Assembly (NCBI RefSeq): GCF_000400465.1
Contig: NW_008806285.1
Coordinates: 20,001-82,000 of the forward strand
Direction: 5' to 3'
Source: Wallemia ichthyophaga EXF-994
Lineage: Eukaryota; Fungi; Basidiomycota
DNA length: 62,000 nucleotides
A program made the position numbers and the translations under genes. The notes below the pieces were generated by a model. The model worked only from the letters and a program-made list of their open reading frames with translations. It did not search any database and was not told the origin of the DNA. Every line of letters starts with the position of its first letter. Position 1 is the stretch's first letter. Positions 37,896 through 51,556 of the stretch are shown in pieces.

Positions 37896-38014
37896 TATTT
37901 CATCTTCTTGGAAGGGAATTGATCGTCGGCGTTAGATTGAGAAAGGCGTTGGCGCTTGTTGGATTGTGGACTGCAGAAATTTATTAAATTCGTCTAGTTA
38001 CAAGAAACAGACAA

Positions 38015-38690
38015 TTACTGTTGCTTTGAGAAGTACTCAGACTTGTTGCCTGGGTTGATGGTTGAGCTGTTGGTCTCTGGGTTCCAGTCAGCTGGGCAAA
38101 CTTCACCGTGGACGTCAGTGAATTGGAATGCCTTGACAAGACGGATCGATTCTTCGACCGAGCGTCCAACTGGGAGGTCGTTGACGGTGATTTGGCGGAG
38201 TGTTCCCTTTGGATCGATCAAGAATGAGCCACGGAGGGTTACACCTTCGTCGAGGAGAACGCCGTAGTTCTTTGCTACCTTGTGTGACTTGTCTGAGAGG
38301 AGTGGGAGCTTGAGGTCTGGGCCGAGACCACCTTCGTTACGTGGAACATTTGCCCAGGCCAAGTGGGTGAATTCTGAGTCGGTGGATGCACCGAGAACTT
38401 CAACGCCAAGCTCCTTGAACTTTGGGAGTGCCTTGTTGAAGGCCAAAATCTCAGTTGGACACACAAATGTGAAATCCATTGGGTAGAAGAAGAGTATGAG
38501 CCTTCCCTGTGTCAGTTTTCACTGTAGCGTGCTTACAAACTCACCATTTGCCCTCGTATGTCTTGTTTGTAACTTCCTCGAACAGTCCTTCCTACAAGCT
38601 GTAAGCGAAGGTCATCGAAACACTTCTTTTACTCACGCGAACGGCGGTACCGCTGATTTCTGGTGCTGGCTTTCCGATTAATGAGGCCAT
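38015..38690 (-). CDS. TSA1: Typical 2-Cys peroxiredoxin
   Basis: [40 protein letters not shown]; spliced start [17 protein letters not shown]. Confidence 0.95.
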
Positions 38691-39357
38691 TTCTGTTGAG
38701 CACGTTAGCGGTAAAGATTGTTGATATTTAAACTCACTTGAGTTGCTGATTGTAGGAAAAGAAGGTGTAGGAGCTCAAGTCGATTTTAAATCACAATGCT
38801 ACATCATTTAACAACGTTTACCCGCTTTGGCTTCAATGTTTAGGCAGCGCTACATCATAATTAGCCTCTATCCTTCCTTTGAAATATTTCCTTCGTCTGC
38901 ATATCCGAAGCAATCACGTAATCTTGGTGGTTATCCTACAATTTCGGAAACTTCTGGATGTTACTGCAGCCTAATACTATTTATTCTGTATTCTTCTGCT
39001 GCGTTCAGTCTTCTCGCTTAAACGTATCTAGACTTATCTTTAAATGTCCGATGAGACCGTTGAGTCAGCTTAAATTAGTTCCTAAAAATAAGATGCGCGA
39101 CATGCTTAATTTACTGAGCTATTCTTGTTTTTATTACTCTTTTGCCCTCTAGCTGGCCTTTATTACTCGCAATTACATCAGTCCATCAAAATGTCAAGCC
39201 AGCATGCTTTGTGATTGCGCTCTGATATGCAGAAGCACCACATTTATTGCGATGTAGAGCATTTTCAACAACCCCTCACGTTCTTCAATGCGATACAGGT
39301 AAACGTAAATCGTGCATGAGTAAAAATCTAAATGAAAATAAACAAAACAAAACTATA

Positions 39358-42300
39358 TTACCAAAATGCACACCATCCTACGAAAGCCATACAAAGGACC
39401 TCGAGAGAAGTGGCTTGTAATATAAGTTTGTCAACTTGCTCACCCACAGTGAGTGTCTCAGTTGGTTTGAAGTCACGACCTGTTTCAAGTTAGACTGTTT
39501 TGGCTGTTTCTTACCAGCAACACTCACCTGATAACTTTGCTTCAACTCTTCTCATGACAGCTAATGCTCTTCTGTTCACAGGCTCCGGTCTTCGGTCGTT
39601 ACCTATTGTCTCGTCCCTAACACCATTCTCTACCAGATTTCTTTCATCTGCCACACTCCGTCTATTCTTTGCACTCGATGGATCTGTAACTACGTAAGCT
39701 AAACAACAGTCGGTAACTGTTCACCTACCAATGTTCTCCGCATCCAAACGCCAATTAATCAATGGATCGTGAACAAATGCAGCCAATACAGCCATGAGAG
39801 AATCTCTGTTATTCCTCAACACACTCATGACAATATCACAAGTACGCTTAAATGATCCCTCGACACCACACACCTCCATTGCCAAAACGAGCATTCTAGT
39901 CAATCTGAAAGGCATTCTCTCTGGATACTTATCTCTATGCTGAGCAACTTCGAAGCTATCACCGAAATCAATGTGGATAACTCCACCAGTAATTCTATCA
40001 ATCAGCAGATTCGAAGGATGTCTGTCACCAAGACCTAGGATATAACCAACCATACTCATCACTGCCAAGCTACGTGTGTAATTTGTTCGACGTTCCAACC
40101 AAGCTTCACTATTTCTAGATTTCAGCCAAAGAATTCTGTAAAGATCTTGACCAGTGGTATTGTCGAGAGCGTACTCGAAGACTTCCAACTTGTTGAGGTG
40201 ACACAGGTGGTCGAAATCTGGAGCCATTTGCAGCATCAATCTGTGCTCAATGTTCAATAGAATCTTTCTAGTCTCGCGATAGTCCCTGATCAGCATGTGC
40301 ATCGTATCAGTGTTTTGCACCCATCCTAAAAGACCAGAGTTTGGAGAGATTGGTATAACGGAAAATCTGTGAATGGACAAATGACGTTTGAATGACTCCG
40401 GATTTACGGAAAGGAGAAGATTGATGAGGCCGAACAATTGCATCGCACGCTCATCTTGGCGAAGATCTTCATGTCCTTTCAACAGATACATATACTCCTT
40501 TCCATCACTACCCCTGATCTCCATCTTTCTTGGCCTTTGCTTCGTAGTCAACACCGACAATCTGGGAACGACCGCTGCTATTCTGATGACTGGCTTTCCT
40601 GATTGGTACGTACCAGGCACAGCCAAGTCGAGATCTTTGGCGTTAAGTAAGCGTGGGGCCACATACTGTAGTTCGATAGCAGTGAGCGCGGTGACCTGCT
40701 TCTCAATCTTCCTGAACACTGGGTAATACAGATCCCAAGCCTGGTTGAGGTCTGCCGCATGTTTGGTATGCTTCCACTTCCTGCAGTAGTCTCTAGCTTC
40801 TATCAACTCCCTAGAGAACGCCTGAACGAATGAAGTCTCACGCAAAGTCTCTGGACCTCTATCGAGCAAGTCATGCAATGGCTTGAGCGTCTCAATCATA
40901 GCAGCTGGGTTATGATGTACGAAGTAATGTCTGGATGCCTCTTCCAATCCTTCGTGCCACATTTCATTCCAAAGTATAGCAACCCTGATCAATTCATTAG
41001 AAACTAGTCCAGCTTGTTCAACCAGCTTGGGTGAATGCTCGCGCATCCTGTCCATTATAGCCAATGCAGCAGCTTTACGAGTCTGAGATTGAGATTTCGA
41101 CGCCACTGTGAGTGGATAGATCAATGCTTGTGGGTGGGCTCTCCCAACAGCACATAAGAGCTGATGGATCAATCTCCGAACGTTCAAGTTTGGTGCGTGG
41201 ATCCTAGCAATGATCTGCGGTATAACCTCCAGCCAAGTATCGACAGAGATGGTAGTGAATCCTTGAGACAGCGTTGAAGAGACGTCTTCGTGATAGCCGA
41301 ATTGAAACCACAATGTTAGCAGACGAAGCGTGTCCTGGAGGGAGTTACCGCCAGACAAGGCAATAGACTTGAAGAATGCCTGTACAGCAGGTACAATATG
41401 TGTGACTAGAGTCTCTGGCTCAACTTCTTCGCTAGCATTCTCGAGATGAGCGATAACTTCGAAGTTGGCCAGCGCAAAGGTGTGCCAAGCCTTATACCAA
41501 CTAGGGTCAAGTTGTGTGGCTTGGTAGAATGCACCGAGGATGTCATCAGCATCGTTGATAAACCAGTCCTCCTGAAGAGCAACCTGCCACTGACCTTGCT
41601 TGAAGTAACATCTAGCCAGTAAGTTTTTGTATTCTGTGATTTTGCCCTGCTTGTAGTACTCATTAGCAATAGCACGTGAGCTCTCAGTTGGGTTCAGGCC
41701 AAGGTCGTTGGATAGAGATGCCGTGAAATCTCTCAACCAATTCAAAGACTCGTCTTGAGCACCCTTTGCCCAAGTGAATTTGAGATGAGCGTAAATGACC
41801 TGTGGAGGGGCTTTTTGGGTAGTGCTGTTCGAGTAAACGCTTGGATCCGGCCCGAGGAGGGAGTTAATAACTTTTTCAGCCAGGAACATTCTATCAGACT
41901 TTCTGCATAAGTTGGCGAACTTGATCCACATCTGTGTGTCTTCTGCTGGAGACAGAACAAGTGTGCGCACTTGCAATATCCTCTGCCAGACTTCAACATC
42001 CGGTTGTGCGCCCTTCAATCTTCCCAAAATGTCAGTAAACACAGAAGTAAAAGATGATATCTCACCTCTTCATCCAAGTCTTGCGTATCGTCGATTGGCG
42101 GTCGGGTTGGTCAGCGAAGAGTTTATACTGAATGATTTCTTCCAGTTCAGCCAGCATCTGCACACGAACCACAACATTGTATGCTCGACCGTAAGACTCA
42201 GTAACTAGAGAAGTGAGTTCGCTGTCCAGACTCTCGCGCGCTTTCGTGATATGGTGGAGAGCCTTCTGGTAGTGCGAGTCGTGCACCGAGAGGATAGCTC

Positions 42301-45300
42301 TGTAGAAGAAGCGGTCAGGAGACTCTTGTTTCATTACAGTAATATAATTATCCATCATTTCCCAATTGTTCAGCGACCAAGCAGCAGCAGCAGCCAGCGG
42401 CGCCATAGCGCGACGCTCTTCGTGTCCGGCATTAACCCACTTATTTTGCACGAAGTCTGACAGCTGCTCCCACTCTCCAAGTGCATGGAGACACTTCATT
42501 CGTCCGAGCGTCACTTCAGGCGAATCACCTTCGATCTCCGCCTTCTCAGCGTAGGCGACCAGAGCCTCGTGCCATCTGCCGAGTTTCTCGTACCATTCTT
42601 CGTGGTGCACTATATCTAATTGCTCCCTAGCATATTTGAGCGTACCCCACGCTGCATCCTGTTGCTGCAACTTGGTGTTAACATGCACTAAGCTCTCAAT
42701 AACAGTTGGCGTAGCCTCAGTGAGGAATTCCAATTCTTGGTAGTGGAGTGCCTTTGCGTATGCGTGAACATTCATTGCGTATTCACCTAGCAATGGAATG
42801 TCAATCGGGAGTGGCTTGTCGTCATGCTCCATAAATTCAGCCAAATTGAGCAAAGTGTGCACAACATCTGGTGGTGCTGATGGTGATGTCAGCGCTCTTT
42901 CCATTGCTTTTCCAAGTTCGTCTTGATACTGGTCGTATAGATCCGTCCAGCACGAAACAAATGCTGCATTAAACAGTTCTCTCAGTAAAGGTGGATGAGC
43001 TTCAGCTAATCCTCTGCAAGCGCGAAGAGCATGCGATGGAGATTCCTTCAAGAACTCAATACCCAATCGCCTCAACCAGTCAGTCCAGTCTTCTCTGTTT
43101 TGAATGAGCTCCACATTTTCAATACCGTATGCCTTTTTGAGATGCTGCTGGTTGGCAATCAGCTTGGTATTTTCAACAGGTGGCTGATCGTCTGTCTTCT
43201 CTGCCGCAAAGCTGTCAAAGATACTGTAATCCTGTGGAAGTCTTTCGCCGTTCAAAAGCATATTGACAAATTGATTATATGGACCATGTTGAATACGATG
43301 TTTGAGCAGCACTTTGGAGATCATCGGTACGAAAACTGCGAAATCAGGACCAAGCTGCAGGACCAAAGCTGCCAGAATATCCATGGCAGCATTGCGCAAT
43401 TCGGCAGGACCAGACGAAAGCACTCTAGCTAACGGGTGAATTATTCTTGAAGCATGATCACAAAAATTGACCTGTCTCGACAGCTGACCGATGGTGATAA
43501 TAGCAGCTTTCCTTAACTGCACAGTCGACTCTGGTCGCTCGATAGTCTTGACAATAGCAGGTACGACGAGGTGGAGATACTCTTCAACGTTCGATCCAAA
43601 GACTGAGAAAGCTCGAAGAATGCGAATAAGAGTTGGCTGGCGTTTATCTGCTAATTCAAAGTCAAATGTTTGTAACATAGGTGGAAGGAGTACTGGTAAA
43701 TGGACTCTGAATTCCCCTTCAAGTGCTTTTGCGAGGATTTCAATGAGCGAGATGATTGTTATTTGTAGGGTGGAGTTGGGATTCCAAAACTCTCTGATCA
43801 ATTCCAATATGTCAGTTAAGAAGTTTCTAATGTGGTGCTTGACAATGCTAACGAGAATAGCAAGTTGCTGGAAGTAAAATTCTTGCAGAGAAGGCGCACA
43901 CGATCTTATAACACCCATGAAGGCAGGAACGATCTGGATCGAGTCAGTATAAAAAACTTCCACCTTGAGCACATTTCAACCTACCTGAGGTAAATATGAA
44001 ACACACTTCAAGCCCTGTGTTTTAAATATGTTCATGATAGCCTCGATAACGGCGTGGTGGTGGTTACTAAGAGAGGGATCTTTGAGCATATTGACGAGAG
44101 CGTTAAACGCTACCGTTTGATAGAAATCGTCGCTGGTATTCTGATTAGATGGTGTTACAACATCAGCAGGATAGATGGTCACAGATTCGGTAGTGACGTC
44201 CGATACAGGCTTCTCAATGTCCTTGTGTTTGTATGGATCGAGGGCACCAAGCAAACCCATCACACGCACCGTTTCAGTGCGCGTTGAAGGTGTCTGGTCA
44301 GTCTGCAATATCTTCACCAACGCATCCAACAAGCCAGGGTATCTGAGGTAAGGCTCGATGACGTAACCAGTGTTAGAAACGACCTGACCAAGCGTCCTCA
44401 ATGCAGCGTCTCGTCTGAGTAATGATGACTGGTCATGAAGGGTTTCTATCAGAAGTGGCATGATAATGTCAACGTGGCTCATTAATTCCTCACCACCAAC
44501 TTGGGCCAATTCACCAATACAGCAGAGAACGTTTGAAGATACAGTGGAGCTGTTGTCTGAGGCTTTTGGAAGCAGCACTTTCATCATTGGGTTGGCGTAT
44601 GGCTTGATCAGTCTCTGAGAAGCACTGACGAGCAGGCCCAACAATCTTGCACTCTCCTCCTTATTACGGCGTACTGTGGAATACTCTAACTCCGTCAGCA
44701 GCTGGATGAGAGCCTTACGGAGCGAAGGCATGACGTAGGCTGGGTTGTGACAAGAGAGTCGACCGATAATCTTGATAGCAACCTCTCGAACAGCAAATAC
44801 TTCATCGTTCAACGCTATAAACAAAGACCTTACATTTTCAGCCTGAGCTAGGTGTCTGTCAAACTTTTCATCTAGCGATTGGAGAACGGATAGTCTAATG
44901 TCGTACTCAGGATCGGCAATAGCCAGAGTCATGAGTTTGTCCAGCATGTCGCCTATGATCTCTATAGCATGTGTTGAAGTCTGGTATGTGACAGGGTCAT
45001 GAATAAAGGTAATGGAGCAGGTGAGGGCAGCAGCCTTGCGTATCTCAGCATTATCATCGTCTACGAATGGTAAAGCAGTATCACGGACAAACTCGTTGAG
45101 AATGTGACCGCTAAAATCGAAAGAGCCCAAAGTCTGTAAAGCTAGTTGAATCACTTCGGGTTTCTTAGCTTCAGAAGCTTGTACTTTGGATAACTCTCTA
45201 GCGGCAGCTGTTTGCGAGCTGGAAGGGTTAGGAGCACCAAGAGCTCGGTAAGACTTGTCGCTCAATATCAACGAAAGCATATTGAGTAACCTATCTTGAA

Positions 45301-46638
45301 TGGTTTTGAGGAGGGGTGGTATGTATTTAGCTATATCCCTCAAAGCGTTGACAAGCGATTCTGATAACTCTGTGCTGAAGATCTCTCCCAACAACTCATG
45401 TACGTGTTTAGCCAAGGATGGACCAATTGCGGCTGCAAGTTTTCCCAAACATTGCAGAATGGCATCTTCAGGAATTATGTAACCCTTTTTCGAGCGGTGA
45501 CGGAGTTGCTCGTCGATGGTAAACATGGCACTGTCCATATAATCCTTCATGGCACTTCCTACAGCACTGGCTACATGGCCTACGGCGTTATATGCAACAG
45601 TTCTTTCCCTCTCCTTTCGGATTGCACTCATAAGATGACCCATACTCAACCTAAGCTTCGTCTGTGTAAAAGCTTGAGGATCATAAGTGGCGAGAGTTGG
45701 AATGAGAAGTATTACAGTCTTGCGTATGAGAAAATCCCTGTGATCTTTGTAACGCAATATCAAATCACAGACGTCACCGAAACGAGGTTTTAAGAACATG
45801 CCAGCATGCAGGAGTAAATCTCTGTACACCAGGAGAGAAGCGTGGATGGTATCAACAGTGTTTATCTTAAGGCCAGCTTCTGCCTTTGCGTAGATGGAGT
45901 ATTGCATATCATTTCTATTCTGTGCTTTACGACGCTCCAAAATAACCAAACAAGCGGATAAAGCGTCTGAAGCAGCTTCTCTGATGGTGACTTTAGGGTC
46001 ACGCAGAGCGATCCAAATGCGTTCAATAGCTCTAGTGACAAAGGTATTGAATAACGCAGGACTATTCTGTGCGAGCTCTTTGATGATTAAAACGGCAGCG
46101 TATCGACCGCCTTCAGATCTGTCACCGGTGAGTAGTTCAAGTGCACGTGGAGCCTCGAAATCGATGAACTGTTCACCCAAGTAAGCACCACCAACGCGGG
46201 CAATGTGGCCTAAGCACTGAGAAGCGGCAATCATGACGTTCATGTCGCTGCAGGGGAGAGCAGGTTTGAGGTAGTTGTAGAAACGATAAAGCCGCTGCTT
46301 TTCTACTTGAATATCCAACAGAATATCTGTGAGTTGTTAGTTGAAACCATTGAATTTCGCGCGACTTGCCAATTGCGACGATTCCACCGAGCTTTTCATG
46401 GGGATAGTTGCTGTTGATTAATTCGAACAACCTGCGCATGACTTCAGATTGGAGCTTTGTGACGCTCTCAGCGCTGAGCTCAGCATTACAGCCAATGAAC
46501 TGAGAGATATGTGAGGGAGTGGAGAAGTGGAGATATGGGACGCACGAACTGCTGTAATTCGTGTGCAGCTTCGTTGCGTAGCTTTGGATCTCTGCTGCGT
46601 AAGCCCGCAAAGATACGCGCTAAGGCGTCTGTGTACAT
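39358..46638 (-). CDS. TOR: Target of rapamycin kinase (HEAT-FAT-FRB-PIKK-FATC)
   Basis: Start [17 protein letters not shown]; HEAT repeats; [19 protein letters not shown]...QAWDLYY; kinase [26 protein letters not shown]; [25 protein letters not shown]. Confidence 0.97.
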
Positions 46639-46692
46639 GATATTATTTTATGGATGATGGTTGTAATGAAGATGGCGAGATGGTAGCGCAAG

Positions 46693-47405
46693 ATGGCTTG
46701 CAATTGCACCACGATGATAAGAAATGGATTAGATTTGTTGGCGAGGAGAAGTCCAATACATAAACCAATATTCAAAACATTATTTGGATTGGATATCAAA
46801 TTGGGTTCGTTCTACTGTGCTTGTCTTATTCGGCGCACTGACTTTAGCATCCAGGCTGTACGATAATAACAGCATTTGCGCTATTTAACAAGGTCGCTGG
46901 TGTTTATGGGGTTAATGTTATATTCACTGGTGGTACATTTGCGCAGTGCACCATGTACCTCTATAGCGTTGGTACACTCGCTGGCTTTGTTTGGGGATTG
47001 AAGCAGATTACAGAGGAGAATCCAACCAACTCGCTATTATATGCGAACATGTTCGCAATTGATCATATTATTTCATCAATCTACTCAGCTGTTTTCTTCA
47101 AGCATTGGTACTTTGACGAGCCTCACGATGGACGGCGGGCGGATGTAGGCGACCTCACGAAAGGCTGGGGTGGCGTCGCACATCAGGATCTTACAGAGAT
47201 GGATAGAATAACAGCCGCCAAGGAGATATGGGGACGCGAGAAGGTGTTTGCAGGATTAGTCCTTCTCAGCGGCTTTGTTGCGAAGGTCTACTTCATATTG
47301 ATAATATACTCTTTCTCTTTATCACTTATACAGGGCACTTACGTTAGCAATAACCAAAGCAATAGAGCAAACTACAGGAGTAATAATAGCAATCAAGATG
47401 AATAG
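46693..47405 (+). CDS. KEI1: Inositolphosphorylceramide synthase regulatory subunit Kei1-like
   Basis: LFGLDIKLG|CTIITAFALFNKVAGVYG...QCTMYLYSV...ANMFAIDHI...WYFDEPHDGRR...GREKVFA...KVYFILIIYSF. In-frame ATG candidates at 46693 and 46714. Confidence 0.8.
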
Positions 47406-47447
47406 ATTAATGTTTTACATGTTGTTGTGTGCCTTGTGTGCTGTCGA

Positions 47448-47806
47448 TTAAAAACCATCTTGAAATTGCTTTATTTTGTAGGCGTAGTACGCACCGCTGG
47501 TGAGACCTAAAGCGGTAAGCATCTTAGGTAAAGCGCTTGCTCTGACTCTGCCAATCGAAGAGGCAGTCAGCAAAGCAGAAGCAGCTAAAGCAGATTCGAA
47601 GCCATAGTCCATGTTTTGTTGAATCAAGTAGCCGCTACTAGCTGTGATTGATTAGAGCAGCAGATAGTACCGACAGCTAACCCACCAAATGCAGCCGAAG
47701 TTAAAAGACCACCGAAAAGACTTGCCTTTGAGCCTTTCTTAATGAAGCCCATAGCTCCACCTAAGCCAGTTAAGCCAGCAAGAGAGAAGGCGAGGTGATG
47801 ACTCAT
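47448..47806 (-). CDS. TMEM14 family small membrane protein
   Basis: MSHHLAFSLAGLTGLGGAMGFIKKGSKASLFGGL; after one intron ASSGYLIQQNMDYGFESALAAS...LGLTSGAYYAYKIKQFQDGF. Confidence 0.82.
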
Positions 47807-47934
47807 GGGTGATGTAGAGAGGGTGTAAACAAAACGTGTCAAACGCGTAAAAGGTGTAAAATATAAATAAGAATCAATTATTTTGGTGTGTTTAATTGAG
47901 GGGTTTTGTCTTGCAATGATTCTGTGTGTGTTTG

Positions 47935-48565
47935 TTAGAGTTTGGAGTGTTTCAACGATGAAAACGAACCAGAATTTGATTTGAATTGCATTTCTAACGT
48001 GGAAGGCGATTGGTTGAGAGATTTATATATTGAATCTCTAGTTTGGTGTGTTAATGATGTTTAATACGTTTCAAACATCCCCACCTAACGCTATTAACCA
48101 AATCAGGATCTTCCCTTCTAATCCAAACACTTATAATATCCTCTGCTGCCCTTATAGAAACCACAGCTCCGCAGAGATCATTGATATCGTCAACCATATT
48201 ACAACCAATGATACTAAGTAACAAATCTTCCCAGAGCTGATCAACAATACCTTTCCTAAGCCTAAGAATCCATTTACCGCCTTTTATGTTTTCGGGATCT
48301 TCCCAGACAGGTCTTACGCCTGAACGGAATAGCTGGTAATCGGTGACGACGGGGAGAGTGGAAGGTGGTTTAAGATAAGCGTAGGTGTTCCAGAATGCTG
48401 GTAACTGTGACTGGTGTTAGAATTGCGCATTCTCCCACCAAGCACACTACTAACACTATCAAATCCAGCAATTTTAATTAAATCTTTCTGGTAATCAATT
48501 ATCTTTGAAGAAGGTGGCCTATGTATCCCCCAAACTGTCCACGATGTACTCAATTTTAATGTCAT
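47935..48565 (-). CDS. eIF4E-family cap-binding protein (4EHP/eIF4E2-like)
   Basis: Three exons (introns 48454-48405 and 48084-48038) give MTLKLSTSWTVWGIHRPPSSKIIDYQKDLIKIAGFDS|LPAFWNTYAYLKPPSTLPVVTDYQLFRSGVRPVWEDPENIKGGKWILRLRKGIVDQLWEDLLLSIIG...LCGAVVSIRAAEDIISVWIRRED... Confidence 0.9.
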
Positions 48566-48609
48566 TTCTGTATGCTGATTGGTAGTGCGTGTTCAACCAG
48601 GATCACCAA

Positions 48610-51474
48610 ATGCATCTAATCACTCTGGCTACGTGAGAATCTACTCCTTTTACTATCATTTCTAATCCATCCTCTAGCTGGTAAATTCGGCTTCATTTTC
48701 GTATAAATATTCTCACCAATCTCACTCAGCTCACTTAACCAATGGGCTTTGGATTTTCAGGGAAATTACGAAAGAATCCTTGAGAGCATCAAAGTCGCTA
48801 AATCTCGCGGTGCTTCTCTACGCGTTGGCCCTGAGCTTGAGATTACGTGGGTCTACTACGCGTTTGATTTCGTTATCCACTTGCTTATCTTTCTTCTTCT
48901 ACTTTTTCCTCTTACAGCGGCTATGGCTGCTTGGATCATTACTTGGAGGGTGACACTATCCTTCACTCATGGGAAATTCTCGCCAAATTACTCCAAGATG
49001 ACCACACACATGGCATCATTTGCGATATTGGCATGCCTCTTAGACATAAGAACGTCACTTACAATGCCAGAGTTATTATCAATGATGGCAAGATTCTTCT
49101 TATTCGTCCAAAGATGTGGATGGCCAATGACGGCAATTACCGCGAACTGAGACACTTTTCTCCGTGGTTGAAACACCGCCAAACGGAGGACTTCTTCTTA
49201 CCGCGCATCATACAATCAACTACCCAGCAGACTACTGTTCCAATTGGTGACATTGTCTTGTCAACGCTCGATACCTGCGTCGGGGTTGAGTTGTGCGAGG
49301 AGCTCTTCACTCCAGCAGCTCCACACGTCAATATGGGTTTGGATGGTGTCGAGATATTCACCAACTCCTCCGGAAGCCACCATGAGCTCCGTAAGCTAAA
49401 TAGACGTATGGAGCCGATCAAGGAGGCTACACTGAAGGTGAGCAGGGGGTGTATCTTGTACCACACCTACAGCTAAATTAACGCATCGCTTAGCTTGGTG
49501 GTATTTACCTGTATGCTAACCAACGCGGCTGCGACGGTGACAGGTTGTACTACGATGGTTGTGCCATGATAGTGTTGAACGGCGAGGTAGTTGCTCAGGG
49601 TCCTCAATTCGCTCTTACAGACGTAGATGTCGTCACGGCCACTGTGGATATGGAAGACGTGCGCTCGCGCCGCACCTCCATCAGCCGCAATCTGCAAGCA
49701 GCACAGAGTGGGGCACTTCCACGCGTACACGTCCCTAAGGCTCTATCCTACGGTGTAGGCGAGAATTTTCTTGCTGCTCAACCTTCCCAGCCCGCTCCTC
49801 TCACTATACACCGCCCCGAAGAAGAAATAGCGTGAGTGGGGATGCTAGCCGAGCCCATGCAAATACACACGCAGACAACTGACGTTCCTCATTTGTTAGT
49901 CTCGGTCCCGCCTGCTGGCTGTGGGATTATCTGCGCAGGTCGCGCACGCAGGGCTACTTCCTCGCACTGAGCGGAGGCATTGACTCGTGCGCTTCGGCTA
50001 CCATCGTTAGCTCAATGTGTCGCCTGGTTGTTAAGGCCTGTCAGAACGACGGTGAGTTTGTGCTTGGGCTTCTGCGCGTGGCTTGCTTGGCTGCGAGCTG
50101 AGAAGCTGAGACACACCCCAGAACAGCACGTACTCGCTGACGTCAGACGCATCACTGGCGAACCCGATCACTCGACGTATGTCCCCGCAGACCATCGCGA
50201 GCTATGCAACAGAATCTTCTATACTTCCTACATGGGCACGGAGAATAGCAGCGACGAGACACGCCAACGCGCCAAGGATCTCGCCCACGATATCGGCAGG
50301 TGGGTACTTTGCTTAGCTATTTGATTCAATGGCGCTGTCTCATCCAAATTACTAACTCCCCTCATAGCTACCACGTCGACATCAACATGGACGCTGTGAT
50401 TGGTGCTATACGAGACCTCTTTGGGTTAGCTACGGGACACAAACCGAAATTCAGAGCACACGGCGGCAGCTATGCGGAGAACATAGCTCTGCAGAATATA
50501 CAGGCACGTCTGCGTATGCTGCTCTCATATCTCTTCGCACAGCTGTTGCCTTGGGTGCGCGGCCGCGTCGGCGGACTGCTCGTCCTCGCCAGCAGCAATG
50601 TGGATGAATGGTGGGTGGTTGCTGTGCTTAGCGCTCTGTGCGCCAAACTAAATGTACTTCAGTCTGCGCGGTTACCTCACCAAATACGACTGCTCGAGCG
50701 CGGACCTCAACCCTATTGGCAGCATCAGCAAGACTGACTTGAAGCGCTTCATCGCTTGGGCGCAGTACGAATTCGACCTTCCGATACTTGAAGGGTGAGT
50801 TGGAGTTTAGCTGGCGTTTTAGCGTGTCGTGCTGAGTAGACCACCACCTCTAGATTCTTGCACGCCACTCCAACAGCAGAACTCGAGCCTATTACCCATA
50901 ACTACGTGCAATCGGACGAGGTAGGTGTTGCGCGGGTGTTGCACACACACTAACAACATACTAAGGCCGACATGGGAATGACGTGTGCGTGCGAGTGTAC
51001 AGCCGAGAGCCGTCCCTGCTAACACTCTTCGCTCAGACGACCAGCTCTCCGCGTTCGGTAGACTGCGCAAGGTAGAGAAATGTGGTCCATTTAGCATGTT
51101 CACCAAGCTGCTGTCTGAGTGGAAAGATGTCATGGCGCCAGCCGAGGTGGGTGCTTGCTTGCTATTGTGTGAGTTCAGTGCGCTAATTGGACACGCAAAG
51201 ATCGCCGAGAAGGTGAAGAAGTTCTGGTTCGAGTATTCGCGCAACAGACACAAGATGACGACATTGACGCCGTCGTACCATGCTGTGAGTTGGTGTGGTT
51301 CGACGGCTTCCCAACTGACTCCATTTCTAGGAAAGCTACTCACCAGATGACAACCGCTTCGACTTGCGCCCTTTCCTCTACAACGCTAGATTTCCCTACC
51401 AGTTCGAGAGGATTGACGACACAGTGAAGCGCGTTGAGCAGCTTCAAAAAGAGGTAGAGACACAGCAAAAGTAA
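48610..51474 (+). CDS. QNS1: Glutamine-dependent NAD+ synthetase, intron-rich
   Basis: MHLITLAT.., [90 protein letters not shown]. Confidence 0.93.
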
Positions 51475-51556
51475 ATTGTGATATTTTGTATGTATGGTTG
51501 ACAATGTAGAAATAAATTAACGATAGTGATACTTTGGATCAAGTCAAAAGAACCAA

